From positions 11,656,001 to 11,720,000 of the forward strand of contig OX597833.1 in NCBI GenBank assembly GCA_951406725.2: a stretch of DNA of 64,000 nucleotides, read 5' to 3'. A model generated the notes under the pieces. It was not told the DNA's origin. It searched no databases and saw nothing but the letters and a program-made list of their open reading frames with translations. A program made the position numbers and the translations under genes. Shown piece by piece: positions 1 to 13,073 of this stretch. Source of the DNA: Octopus vulgaris (lineage: Eukaryota). Each line of letters opens with the position of its first letter. Position 1 is the first letter of the stretch.

Positions 1-18
1 ATATAAATCAAAAGAAAT

Positions 19-84
19 CTTTGAGCTGACGAAGGAAATGTTGATCTTTATATTCAACTAATCCAGAAACGGCCGTTCCCAGGT
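19..84 (+). ncRNA. Hammerhead ribozyme-like motif (type I, degenerate stem I) in a Penelope pLTR remnant
   Basis: CTGACGA 26-32, stem II with GGA/TCC and GTTGA/TCAAC, then GAAAC-GGCC-GTT with palindromic AACGGCCGTT. Downstream TTTTGGCTGCTATTTCTA motif is shared with the 14.5-15 kb element. Confidence 0.55.
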
Positions 85-361
85 AATCTTATGTACGTGT
101 GATCTTTCGTTATTTTTCCCTCTATACCTGTGTGAGTTATTTTTGAGTATGCATTGTCTGGGAGTTTTTCTTATAGTAGAAGAAATAGCTAAGATTTTTG
201 GCTGCTATTTCTAAAAGTTCAGTGTGTGGTAAAGTAAATTATTTTACTGAAACCTAATTATATAACGTAATGTTTCAAATATACCGTAAATGGTCTTTTC
301 ACATACTGAACACTACCAGGTAAAATTAATTAATAATTTATTAGTTTTACCCTTTTATTAT

Positions 362-419
<58 letters not shown>

Positions 420-2721
420 CAATCTCAATTTCGTCCTCGAACTAAGGTTAATTTGAAAAAAGCTACAAAATAAATCCTACAGCCATGTCAGATTTCAGCA
501 TAGACCCATCATTTTCCTTTTGTAGTGGCGGGTTGCATATGCAGCTGCGCATGCTCTGTACAGCTTAAACACATGTCGGTCGTTTTAACTGTCTAATTAT
601 GCTGCATAACTAACAACTGAATCAAAAGAAAAATTTGAAGATTTACTAGCGTCCCATGTTTTCCATAATTGTCTAGAAATTACACTCACGAAGATATTCA
701 TAACCCAAAGAAGCGAATCCGGATTTGCCCATCGGAATAATTACTTCGGGATTGTAAACACAAAGTTCACTTTGATGTGTATTGCAACGTGATGTTGTTA
801 GCCTTCGTTTATCTGAGAAATATTCGACACACTCCAACAGACACTCATGAATCCTATTGGATATAACGTGACGGTCACAACATCTCAGCCTTCTTACACA
901 CAGCATCCGTGCTTGCCCTGACTATATTTGCTCTCTTTACTCTCACTTTTATGGGTGTTGTATTCGTTTCGCATGAAATGTATTCAGCTTCTAGGATCCA
1001 TCCTTTCTTCGAGTCTGGTATGTTTACGTAGCGGATCGAAAAAATCGTCATATTTGATGTTCTCTGCTGCTGAAATGAGGCCATTTTGTCTGGTTGATTT
1101 CTTTTCTTATTCTTGTATATCAGCGTTTAGTGTATGATGTGAGTGTTCTGTGTATCGACTTCCATTTTGTCATATTCTGTGGAGAGGTGGGAAGGTTGTG
1201 ATTTAGATTTAGGATTGGCAGGACCAATACTTATTTCGACTGTCTTTTGAAGGATTCATCGTGTGAATTCCACAGTCTCAGAAACTTTAAAATATACATT
1301 TAGTGATATTTCTAAAGTAGACGATAAATAGGTTTTATAAGAGATGGGGTAAGAATAGAACGGAAAGTTTCCTGATTAATAACGGCAAATAGAATGGATT
1401 GTGTGGAAGTATCTGGTTGTTGTTGAAAGAATCAGTTAAGTTCTGTGCGAAGTAATGTAGCGGTTCATGGCTCCTTGTCAGAATCCGAGTTGTAATTTGA
1501 AAACCAAGACGCCTGAGATAGTAGCGTCAAGCATTATATTTTATAAGGCTGGGCCAGAAAAGCTGATATAATTCTATGGAGGTACTTTATTTGGGGATTT
1601 TGCTGAATCATGAGACAGAAGACAAAATACTGTTAAACGAAATAGCATTTTACTTCAACATTGAATTTGGTAAACTGAAATTTTACAAAATGTGATCTAG
1701 AATTTTTCAGGCAGATTAAGATTTTTACTTCGGGATATTTCTGGCATTCAACGTCGCCTCTTTTGTAAAGCTCTGAAAACTAGTACACAAGTTTATTGTA
1801 ACGATAGACATAATTTAAAGAAAATATTAGGTAACACAATTAAAATTTTATATTATTTATTGTAATTCACAGACATCTTTTCATATGGAAGCGAATTTAA
1901 TTTCTATTCAATGTTTACTGCACACAACGCAGGTTAATTCTCGACCATTGACATACGGTGGACATGGCAATGAACCACAACCAGCCTGAACGAAATACAA
2001 TAAAGCTCCATCTTCGTCTCTGTAACCTGCTGGATCAGCTTCTGGTGCATGATCCACACACACATATTCATGTCTGCCCTTATGCCCGGGATGACTGGAC
2101 ATCAAATATCCTGAATACTCAGCTGTCCAACCAGCGTAACACTGTGTCCTGGCTGGTAACATCATAACAACAACAGGTTGTCGTGTCAAACAGACAGCGC
2201 ACGGAACGTTGTGATCATTAAGTGCATTAGCGTTAGCAAAAGAAAAGAGTTTATTAAATAGGTAAGGTTTTAGTTGATATTCAGTGCCATGAATCCAACC
2301 TCCATCTACAACCTGTGCAGTATAATTGGCCCAAATGGGATCGTGGGGTAGACATAAGAGATTACTTCCGCCACCAGTATGGGAATAATATTGTCCACCA
2401 GCCACACCTAGAATTGGTAAGAATAAATCAAGTAAAAAATATATTAAGCAAAATTATATATGAAATAACGGAAACATTCATTACAGTTTGACCCTTAAAA
2501 GAAGTCATGTTTAGTCACGTGTGAACGAATTGTGGTGTATGTGTTAGTGTTTATATGAGTGTAAGCTGTGTGTTGCTGAATGAGAGTGTGCATGTTTTCG
2601 CAGGTGTGTGTTTGTCTTCTCTACATATATGTGTGTGTGTGTTTGTTTGTGTGTGTATGTATGTGTATTTGCGTGTGTTTGTGTGTGTCTGTGTGTTTTT
2701 GTGTGTCTGTGTGTTTGTGTA

Positions 2722-2762
<41 letters not shown>

Positions 2763-5700
2763 ACGATTAGGTAATCGTGGTTGTGATGTGTATTATTACG
2801 TATGTTTGCATGGGGTAGATGTCTGTGTGTGGATGTAAACAAACGGAGAAAGGAAAGGGATTTTGTAGCGCATGTGGTCGTGATTTCCCGAAATGGAAAA
2901 TTAGTCGTTCACGTTTGAACGGGAAAATTGTTGGTGAAGGGAATTGCATGTGGTTTGAGTAGAACAATACGAGAGACGGCAAGATGCAGAGAACTGGTGG
3001 GTAAGAGGGGATGAAATACTGTTTAGCCGACCATACGGGTGTGGCTGGCTATATCCATCGGTTTGTCTCGGACGAGTCAGGCCTACCACGAGACGTGCCT
3101 ACCACATACTATAATATTATGATCACACAGATTTTATTTCATGCAAAGCATGAACTGAGGTGGGGTGAATTTTGAAGCTCATTGATGGCGTAGTGCTTAA
3201 GATGAATGGACAGCGATGTCGGCGATCGATAAAGGATATGTGTAGGGTTTATAGGGAGCAGATTCACAAAGGATGCGAGGTTGGTTGGAGATGTGGGAAG
3301 CAGTAGCTTTGAATTGGAAGTGTCGGCGTTACCTTACAAAGATACACTGGACAATTAATGAGGCGAGGTGTTGCATGAAAAGAGATAGGTTAAAGGGGTA
3401 GGACGATTTCGGTAAGGCGGAGAAGAATAGAAGTGCAATATGTACTCAGTTGGGTTATCTCAGTGATAATTAGTCCCTCCATATTATTCTTAATAAATAC
3501 AGTCCTTAGTTAGCTTTGTCCATTTCTAACAGTGTGTGGTTTGTCCATTCCACGTTGTACATTCTGCGTTCATGTCATTAACTATTTACAGTCACTGTCA
3601 TCAATTGTAATTAGACCTTGTTCAATTTAGTCTATAACAACAATCAATAGACATTCTAGTTAATGATAGTCAAGTGGCCACTTTTCAGCTCTGGTCACTC
3701 ACGTACAAAACCACCATCCGTAGCCAGTACAATTGATCACCAGTTAGCAGCCTCGGTATTTGATATCTACACTCCATACAAGTCAGCCAGGAGTTCTTGA
3801 TCGCTATACTGGACTTCAGTCTAGCCTCTGTAATTTAACGTACATATATCTATATTCTGTAGTTAGACAACATCCTTTTCACCTGGTCCGTAGTAGATAA
3901 CATTTAAAATTCTGATTTGACCAAATACCTACGAAGGAGTAAGCAGTTTTGTGCAGACTCTATATATCGCTTCAAATGTGATATATTAGATTATTTGCTT
4001 GAGTGTGTGTGCGCGTGCGTGAGAGAGAGGGTGGGAGAGAAAGAAAGGCAATAAAAAGAGAGAATGAGAGGTATAAAAAGAGAACAAGAGAAAGACAAAA
4101 AGAGAATGAGAGGTCAGAAATATAAAGAATACTAACCTTCATATACAAGTTTTGAATAAGGAGAACAAGTTGTTCTGCCCCACCGTGTATACAATGATCC
4201 GGGACCGGGCTCTGTGAAATTAAAATGAAACAATTTAGTTTAAAAGAAAGAATTCTTGAATCCTATACAAAGGAAGTTGTTGGCTTGGAAGGAATTGATA
4301 GAGAGGAGAGACATTTAGAATTTAAGAGAAAAATAATGAGTGAATGAATGAAAATCAGAATGAAAGAAGTAAATGATTCGCTAAGAATAAATTTTAAACG
4401 AAGAAAATTAGTCATTTGTCTATTGAGCCTGTTGTTGACGTTGATGTCAACGAATTGAGAGATTAATCTCAGAATATCAGAATGTGTATTTGTCTCCCTT
4501 AAGAACGGATGTTTGTTTTGTAGTTGAACTTGGATGTGAGTATATATATATATATTTGTCACCATGATAATGATAAAGTTCTTCTTTTATAGATATGTAG
4601 GCCAAATTATCAATTCTTGGTATCTGATGCAAATATTCATTGGTCAATTACAAATATCAGCTTGGTGTATGTCGCGAATAAGGCCATCATAGCTACAATA
4701 TGCAAAGGGCTCGAAGGAATAGCCATACCGCGTCATCCATCGAGAGAGATAACAGTATTTGCGGCCGGATCTTGAGTGGAGGAATCCATTCGGGAGATCT
4801 ATTGCAGTCTCCACTCAACTTAATCTGGGATGCATTGGAAGGGAATACAAAATATGCGTGTTCCAGGACCCCGAAGCAGGTCCAGAAGGGATCAACCGTT
4901 CATAATTGAGAATTAGACTGTCAAAACCGGACGATACAAAACGCTGCCTGTTATATATAATCGGTGTCTCCTCAAGAAAGCTTCGTTACTTCGGAGGCGT
5001 ACACTTGGAAGTAGGTTGGAAACTCCACCGTGCAGGTGTGCAACCAATTATGTCAGCACAGGCGGAAGTGGGATGCTCATAATCCCTGGCTTTCGGATTG
5101 GATTATGGAGTGTATCCAACTAGGTATTAAGGGATATCTCCTGAAGCTTAAGCAGAATGAAGGAAGTAAGTGCACGCAATAGTGAGGTCAAATACAAATC
5201 CTTCTTTAAGAAAGTCAATGCAGCTTTGGATATATTTGGGGTAAAGTCATTTGTCCTACAAGGAGACTTCAGTGCACACCTCGGCACTGGTAATCGTAAG
5301 AAGGATTGATTGGGTGGAATGACGTCAAATACCTTAATGCGGCGTCCATACTAGCATGCTTTGCAGGAAACGGACTCTCTATGATATAGATATCGTTTTA
5401 AGAGAGGGATATTTATAAGGGTACTTGGAATAGAAATGCTTTGTGACAGAGGTTTCCGATAGATGTTGTTGATAGGTGATGGGATAAGAAAAAGAACTGG
5501 TTTTCGACCGGTACTTTTTCAACTGAATACTTATTTGAACGACAGTCACTTAAAAGTAATAAAGCTCCTGGAGACAAGTACGTTCGGCTTCACATTTTGA
5601 AAAAAATTATATACATTCTCTGAGTGACCCGTGTATGCTAGGTGGATGGGACCTCTAGAAAAACACCAAGGCAATGGCAATCCGGGGTGATAATCACAGT

Positions 5701-7490
5701 TTTTGAAACTAAGACACCAGATAATGTGCTTTAATTATAGAAAGTTCTACACTGCATGTCTGGAAACGATATGTAAGGAAGTTGTCGCGCCCAAGATTAC
5801 TGTCCTGGACACAGTACACCCGACCAGATAATCGTTCAAAGAAAACGTTGAAATATTTCCAAGGGGAATACGCCGTAAACCATGAAAAGGCATCACACGA
5901 CATGCCGTGTTGTATGTTGCGGATGGTTTACCAGGAATGTGAGATTAATGGGCAAATACTGGTTGCCATAAAGTACTTCTACGGATGTCCAAATGTTTGA
6001 ATTTGCGTAAAAGTCGAAACATTTCAAGGTGGCGGTTGGACTTCAGTAGAATTGCACATCCTTAGTGCCCCTTACCATAAATTTTATTATCTGGATGGAC
6101 ATGTCACAGCCATTGTGGGAGCAGTATCTCATTTCGTCTGTATGGGGTCGGTCGACTGCTATTTGCAAACAACATGCTGCTATCTGACTCATGTCATGTT
6201 CACTTTCGACACGCATTGAATGGGTTGGCTGCCGAGTGCCCCAAGGCAGGGATGACTAACACAAACTCTGCAGGAAAGTGGAACATCGTTACTTCGGGAA
6301 TCTATTCACGAGTGATTGGAAGCACAAGACTGAACAGATTGCTAAATTCTAGATATAAACGCATTGATGCGCTAGGTCGGGCATTCGATTCTCAGACGAA
6401 CAATGGTTGGTACACTTATCGACGTAGCACTGCATACACACACACACACTCATATACACACGATTTCATAGTATAAAGGAGTAACATTTTACTAAGGAAA
6501 TTATTGTAAAGTAGAATATATTTTAAAATAGATTTAGGCGGCTCAGTATATATTATAGGGGAAATATGTATTAGTGATGTAGAACCAATTCAATGTTGGT
6601 GAAATTAGAAATCACTAGTTAAGGAAACAAGGGTAAATTAGTTTAGCTAAACAGTGTAGAAATGAAAGCTGAATTCTTTATAATATTTAATCTCATTCCT
6701 GAACATTTCTTCAATGCCTTTGTCTTATACAATATAAAAATTAGTTCTTACTTGGTGCAGGTTTATCGTCGAGAGATTTCTTGGAGATGAAACGGTTCTG
6801 TGAAAGAATAGGAACAGCATCACATAAATAGAACTTGGGAGTATTTATTAACGTTTAGAACTTAAAACGATGCAATAGATGACATATTGGGACAGCTTTT
6901 TACGAAGATGTGAGAGGGACATCGACATTGATAATGTTTCCAATCTATAATATCATGTTACATCTTGCCGGTTTGCTTGAATTGGTCGCCCTTCTGTGCA
7001 TCTGGTACTTTTTAAAATTTTATTTCATGCTTGCATATGGCAAATCATACACATTAAAGAGAAAGAGAATAATCCTGTTTTTTGTCGAGGACAGACTAAT
7101 TTCGTTGTGTAAATTCCTGTTCATTTGAAGTTTGCTAGAGACGTAGAGCTGCGTAATATTCTGCTGACGTCAACACAAAACTCCCGACGCCAACCTTTCA
7201 TGTACGGCGTCCTAATCCTTTTCCGCTGCGTGCTTAAACGAAACTCTGAAGGGAATTGTAGCCAGAGGATGTGGTCATGCTGGAGCACCACCTTCAGTGA
7301 TACTGGTGAACAATATTCCGGAATTAAGCTGGAATACCAATATATCATTTGGCGTTCAATCGAATATCACAAAAATTAGTAAGAAAAATGTTAGGGAACA
7401 TACATAGAAGGTTATTGATTGATTGTATACGAAAGGGATGAAGATTAGATTTCCTGTATACTGGTGCTATATTAACTCGTTATAACTCTC
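420..7490. repeat. Segmental duplication block, paralog 1 vs paralog 3 (about 39720-46900)
   Basis: Colinear similarity from the (TA)n boundary (aatctcaatttcgtcc at 421 and 39723) through exons 4, 3 and 2. Confidence 0.85.
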
Positions 7491-7546
7491 CTCAAATGTA
7501 AACAAGTGTATATATGTGGATATATATAAGTATGTATGTATGATAA

Positions 7547-7596
<50 letters not shown>

Positions 7597-8101
7597 CATA
7601 CAAAATGGGACAAGAACGCAAAACATCCGCACAACTAGGTGATACAAATAGGGACAACAAAACATCCAGATAGACGATACAAAAAACACGGACGGGTCAT
7701 TCGAAGCCTTTAATCATCAGTCAAGAACCGGATCATCCTCGCAATTTCGGCTGATTAATCTTGAGATTGCTCCAATCTGGCCAGCCCAAGGAAAAACTAA
7801 GCTAAAAACATTCGATTCCTGGTTCAAGCATCGAATGTATACGAAACTAGGACGGAAAAACGGACGATGTTACACCAATATAAATACAAAAAAACAATTG
7901 AAATTATAATAATAACAGGACATAACAACAGGCGCCTTTCGACTGGAGACGAATTGAATTCAGCTGGCGTGTTGGGAGTTAAGCCATTTTCGGCAGAGGG
8001 AACGATATCAGTGTGGCAGTGACTGTGGTCAAAATAAAGGGTTTGCAGCCAATCATCAAGAAAAGAGACCGAGAAAAAGAGGAACAAAGAAATTAAATAT
8101 A

Positions 8102-8145
<44 letters not shown>

Positions 8146-9655
8146 CAGATACACACACGCACATATACATATATTCATACATTTCTATAGACATATGCAT
8201 ATACATCTGTATATCTCTATATATAAACGGCAGTTTGTCTGTCTGTGTGTCTGTGTGTCTGTCAGGTTGTACCCTCACCCTGACCACGGCTTTCAACCGA
8301 TTCTGATGAAACTTGACACACACATAGCCCAATGTCATAATTCAAAACTAACGCAGTGAAAATTTTGAAAAGTTCCCCCAGTTCTGAAAACATCGATAAA
8401 TTCGACATGGGGTCGAGAATCTAAGCTTTTTATATGCAACACATTTTCTGGGCTGTACGTGGGCCGTTCACGTGTTGGGAGGTGCAATGATGTTTTCATG
8501 TTTTCGCCCAATCATCATCATCATTGTTCGACCGTGGTCGAGACTTTCATAGTCTTTTCAAATGGCTAATAATGTGTGCGCGCGCCACTACTACACACAT
8601 TGGAAAGCATTGTACAACCAAGTACTAAAGAAGAGCTTTCCTCCTCCATGAAACAAAGCTGTTCCCGCTGGACGTCAACCCAGTATTTCTAAGCTAAGGA
8701 CCGAGTGATTTATTGTAAGGTTATCTCCCAGATAGATTGCCTTCACTACGGCTAAGGAGCCCTTTCTACCCCAGAAAGGGACAGCTAGGAACATCGTACA
8801 CAGTATTCGAGTGAAGAGAATACATTGCAACCTACACATGCGCCTTCGTTCCCTAGAGGGAAAGGACTAGATTGGGATTAGTCGTTGCCTACTAGGGGCT
8901 CTTACATACCCGGGCAACGTCGGGCTATGCTGTGTATATATATATATATATATATATATGTGCGTGTGTGTGTTTGCGCGCGTGTGTATGTGTGTATGTG
9001 TGTGTTTGAGAGTATTCTTAAGGAATATAATAAACCTGACTCGTTATAAAGTCGTAGATAAGTTTTTTACGAAATTTGTCTATTTCACCTGTTAACTACA
9101 GGAAAATTGTATCTCCCTCTCTGTTGATTATCCGGACTGTAAGATTTGTTTCATCCCCTAGTTCGGAGGAGAAAACCCGTCTTCATTCACATTTTTTAAC
9201 GTTAAGACTTTAATCTCGAGTTTTGAGCCTTTCCTCACGTCCGCCACGTAGAAAGATTAAAATTTCTTTTGTCTTTGTACACAATCTGTCGAACTGTCCA
9301 AAGGGCTTTGGCTTCGTAGATGAGAAATTTTACTCAACTCCACGCCCAAAATATATATTTTTGTTGTAATATAGACATATATATATACATATACAATAAT
9401 ATTTTACTAAATAGTAGTAAAAATGTCACCTAAACTGTTACTCAGAGTTTTCCGTTCCCGTTCGTCGGAAGATTTGTTTAGAATTGACTCTAATTGATTC
9501 TAAACAAAACTGTCCGACGAACGGAACCGTGAAACTCCGAGTAACGATTTTTTTTGTGATATTTTTGCTGCTTTTTAATGAAGCAAATTTCTCTAAATCT
9601 GGTATTCGAGTACTATTCTTTCCACCTTGTTTCGCATTTCTGTACTTACTCTGGT

Positions 9656-9730
<75 letters not shown>

Positions 9731-10179
9731 CATATATATGTATCTATACATAATTATAGTTATATTCACAAGATATATAAACTACAAATATCACAAATAT
9801 ATGCATATGTATTATCTACTTAAATGCATAAACACACACCCCTATATGAGTGGATATATACTGTTTAGTGTGTTTGTGTGTGTGTGTGAGTGAGTGTATG
9901 TGTGTATGTGTGTGTGCATGTACATATGTATGTGTGTGGGTATGTACGTCTACATATAACTATGCATGCATTCCTTTTGTGTGTGCGCGTGTGTGTATAT
10001 ATGATACAGAACGTAGCAGGTTGCAGCGAGAGAGTGTGGCCATGCTGGAGCAGAAATTTTAGTGCTATTCTCTCATTACGCACTTATGTCCCGCTCCAGG
10101 AATATCCGTGTTGAAACTGCGATCGGAAAGCAGTGCAATTCCTCTCTTCTTTGTGTTCCCTAGGGATACACTCTGCAGA

Positions 10180-10236
<57 letters not shown>

Positions 10237-10245
10237 CTCTTTTTA

Positions 10246-10313
<68 letters not shown>

Positions 10314-10790
10314 ATCCAAACAAGAAAACGCAGAAAAAAAGAGAAAAAAACAGCAACGCGAGGACGTGGAACAATTAAAGTATTATTGACTCTCAGGAAA
10401 GAAGGGAAGGAGGGTTTAACGTTTCGAGCGGAGCTCTTCGTCGGAAACAAGGAGAAGGAAAGATCCCAAGGAGGGAAGACAGAGGAGACAATATTTGAGC
10501 TGGTGGTGCTCAAGAGATTACATGTTGAAAAGAACAGAATTTGGAGGTAGTTGAAAAATTGTTTTATAATGCAAGAGAGTTCCAAAAAAAGGGAATGCCT
10601 GTGTGTGTGTGTGTGCAAGATGACAAGTGTGTTTGTGCGTGCGTGTGTGTGTGTGTGTGTGTGTGTGTATTTTTTGATGAATAAAGTTAATAACAAAGCC
10701 AGCTGTGGTGATGACTGCTAGCTGTTTGTGTCAAGCTAGGTCAAAGCCAGGTCAAAAAACAAAGGGCTATATGTATCATAGTGTATGTGT

Positions 10791-10837
<47 letters not shown>

Positions 10838-11361
10838 ATGTGTGTGTTCGTGTGTGTATGCGTAGAGTGTGGGTGTGTGGCGTAACCTAGTACGTGTGTG
10901 CTTGTACGTGCGTGTGTATGTGTAGGGATGTATATGTGGGTTTATTTGTGTGAGAGTGTATGTATGTACGCGTATGTGTGTGCGTGTATGTGTGCGTTTG
11001 TATGTGTTTGTGTGTATGTGTGCGTGCGCGGGTAGGTGTATATTGTGTATGTATATCTGTCGGTGTGTATGTGAGTTTGTGTGTGTTTGTACGCGTGTAT
11101 GTGTGTGTGAGTGTATAGTATATATATATGTAAATGTGTGTGTGTGTGCGCGTGTGTGTACGTGCGTGCGAGTGAATGTATGTATATATGTGAGCGTGTG
11201 TGTACAATGTAGGGGCTTATATGTGTGTTTATATGTGTGTGTGTATGTATGTGTGTATGTGTGTGTATGTGTATGTATGTATGTATATGTATGCGTGTGT
11301 GTATTTATGTATGTGTGTATGTGTGTGTATGTGTGTATGCATGCGTGTGTGTATGTATGTA

Positions 11362-11396
<35 letters not shown>

Positions 11397-11708
11397 GTAT
11401 GTATGTGTGTGTGTATGTATGTATGTACGTACGTATGTATGTATGTGTGTGTGTATGTATGTATGTATGTATGTACGTATGTGTGTATGTATGTATTTTT
11501 TCATGCGTGTATGTGTGTATATGCGTGTGTGTACATATGTATGTTTATGTATGTGTGTGTATGTATGTATTTATGTATGTAGTGTATGTATGTGTGTGTG
11601 TATGTATGTATGTGTGCATGCGTGTATGTGTGCATGTGTGTGTGTATGTATGTATGTATATATATGTGTGTATGTATGTATATGTGTGTGTGTGTATGTG
11701 CGTATGTA

Positions 11709-11759
<51 letters not shown>

Positions 11760-12178
11760 ATGTGTGTAAGTTTGTGTGTATATATGTATGTATGTACGTG
11801 TGTGTGTATATGTATGTGTGTGTATGTATGTATGTGTGCGTGCGTGTGTGTGTATGTGTGTGTGTATGTGTGTGTGTATGTATGTATCTATGTATGTATG
11901 TGTGTTTGTATGTGTGTGTATGTATGTATGTGTGCGTGCGTGTGTGTGTATGCGTGTGTGTATGTGTGTGTGTATGTGTGTGTGTGTGTGTGTGTAAGTG
12001 TGTATGTGTGTGTATGTAAGTGTGTGTGTATGTAAGTGTGTGTGTATGTAAGTGTGTCTGTATGTATTTATGGACGGGTGTATGTGTGTAAGTGTGTGTG
12101 TGTATGTGTGTGTGTATGTATGTATGTATGTATGTATGTATGTATGTATGTATGTGTATGTATGTATGTATGTGTGTA

Positions 12179-12232
<54 letters not shown>

Positions 12233-12438
12233 ATATAAAGTTAATCCAAACAGGAAAGCACAAAAAATCACAACAACGCGAGGACGAGGAACAAATATAG
12301 TATTATTGGACGCTCAGGAAAGAAGGAAAGAAGGATATATTAACGTTTCGAGCGGAGCTCGTCGTCTGAAACTTAGATAAAGGAAAGATCCAGAGAGGGG
12401 AAGACAAAGGGAAAACATCCTCAACGGTACACACGCGG

Positions 12439-12484
<46 letters not shown>

Positions 12485-12618
12485 ACCTATCTACGTACCT
12501 TTCTATCTGTCTATCTATAGGCACTCAAAATCAACCATCCATCCATCCATACATACATACATACATACATACATACATACATACATACATACATACATAC
12601 ATACATTTATACTTATGC

Positions 12619-12660
<42 letters not shown>

Positions 12661-13073
12661 AAAAATAGGTGTGTGTGTGTGTGTATGAGTGTAACTGCGT
12701 GTGTGAGTGTGTGTGTGTGTTTAAATATATATATATATATAAGTGTATGTATATGCATATACATCCCTATCTACCTGTGAATGCGCGTGCATATGCATAC
12801 ACTCGGGCGCACAAACACACAAACAAGGACCCCTCACACACACACGCTGATATGTTTCCTGCATTTGCACTCGAAATATAGCAAGGCCTACGCTTACACA
12901 TTCCCCTAAAAACAAAATTCATTACTTACTGCTTGTGATTTCTCTTCCATTTTTCCAATTCTTGAATCTTGGCGAAGATTCGTTATGGTGAGAACGAGTA
13001 GAAACCCAAAAGTTATGAGGGAAGAAATGGAAAAACGCTGCGAAATATTCCGAGACAGTTGCGCCAAATCCAT
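1908..13073 (-). CDS. Paralog 1: membrane-anchored short-chain collagen C4-like (spongin/NC1-related domain) protein, 254 aa; exons 13073-12930, 6797-6752, 4211-4137, 2407-1908
   Basis: All introns are GT-AG with matching phases (0,1,1); 144+46+75+500=765 nt. Exon 1 [48 protein letters not shown]; exon 2 [15 protein letters not shown]; exon 3 [26 protein letters not shown]; exon 4 [52 protein letters not shown]. YxRWGRxxC, GGGSNxLCLP and [13 protein letters not shown] are the motifs of the invertebrate short-chain collagen C4-like family. Confidence 0.88.
4690..6420 (+). mobile_element. Fossil APE-RT LINE (RTE-like) in intron 2 of paralog 1
   Basis: Remnant endonuclease motif [13 protein letters not shown] near 5245-5285 and RT motif [12 protein letters not shown] near 6150 (FADD in the paralog 3 copy); many stops. 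Confidence 0.65.
7590..8095. repeat. Unclassified interspersed repeat between two (TA)n tracts
   Basis: Absent from the equivalent introns of paralogs 2 and 3; bounded by (TA)n on both sides; internal short direct repeat ggaca..aaaacatcc. Confidence 0.4.
8214..8932 (+). mobile_element. Non-autonomous Helitron-like element
   Basis: 5' TCTCTATATATAAA followed by GTCT-type microsatellite; 3' hairpin CCCGGGCAACGTCGGG; terminal CTAG degenerate. Confidence 0.55.
8990..10200. repeat. Intron 1 block duplicated at about 27200-28430 (paralog 1 vs paralog 2)
   Basis: Colinear near-identical sequence, e.g. 9140-9660 vs 27385-27910. Confidence 0.85.
9506..9551 (+). ncRNA. Minimal hammerhead-like motif with CCGACGA core
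   Basis: AAAACTGT-CCGACGA-ACGG(AA)CCGT-GAAAC-TCCGA-GTA-ACGATTTT; a degenerate inverted copy lies at about 9432-9477. Confidence 0.6.
10414..10448 (-). ncRNA. Minimal Penelope-type hammerhead motif with CCGACGA core
   Basis: Minus strand GTTT-CCGACGA-A-GAGC(TCC)GCTC-GAAACGTT-AAAC, within a short repeat at 10308-10490. A second, mutated copy is at about 12238-12440 (motif 12338-12372). Confidence 0.65.
10780..12232. repeat. About 1.45-kb compound (TG)n/(TATG)n microsatellite
   Basis: Directly visible; source of the VCVC/HTHT ORFs. Confidence 0.95.

Noticed and set aside
4263-4565. ORF with [10 protein letters not shown] conserved in the paralogs, as a candidate extra exon
   Set aside because: No conserved donor or phase-compatible acceptor; the 46/49-nt exon already bridges the phases.
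7685-7730. Minus-strand CTGATGA as a hammerhead
   Set aside because: Followed by GAAT rather than GAAA, with no convincing stem I or II.
8300-8320. CTGATGAAAC as a hammerhead
   Set aside because: No stem II; part of the Helitron-like element body.
10887-12380. Long [12 protein letters not shown] ORFs here and throughout the window
   Set aside because: Translations of (TG)n, (TA)n and (TATC)n microsatellites; open only because the repeats lack stop codons.
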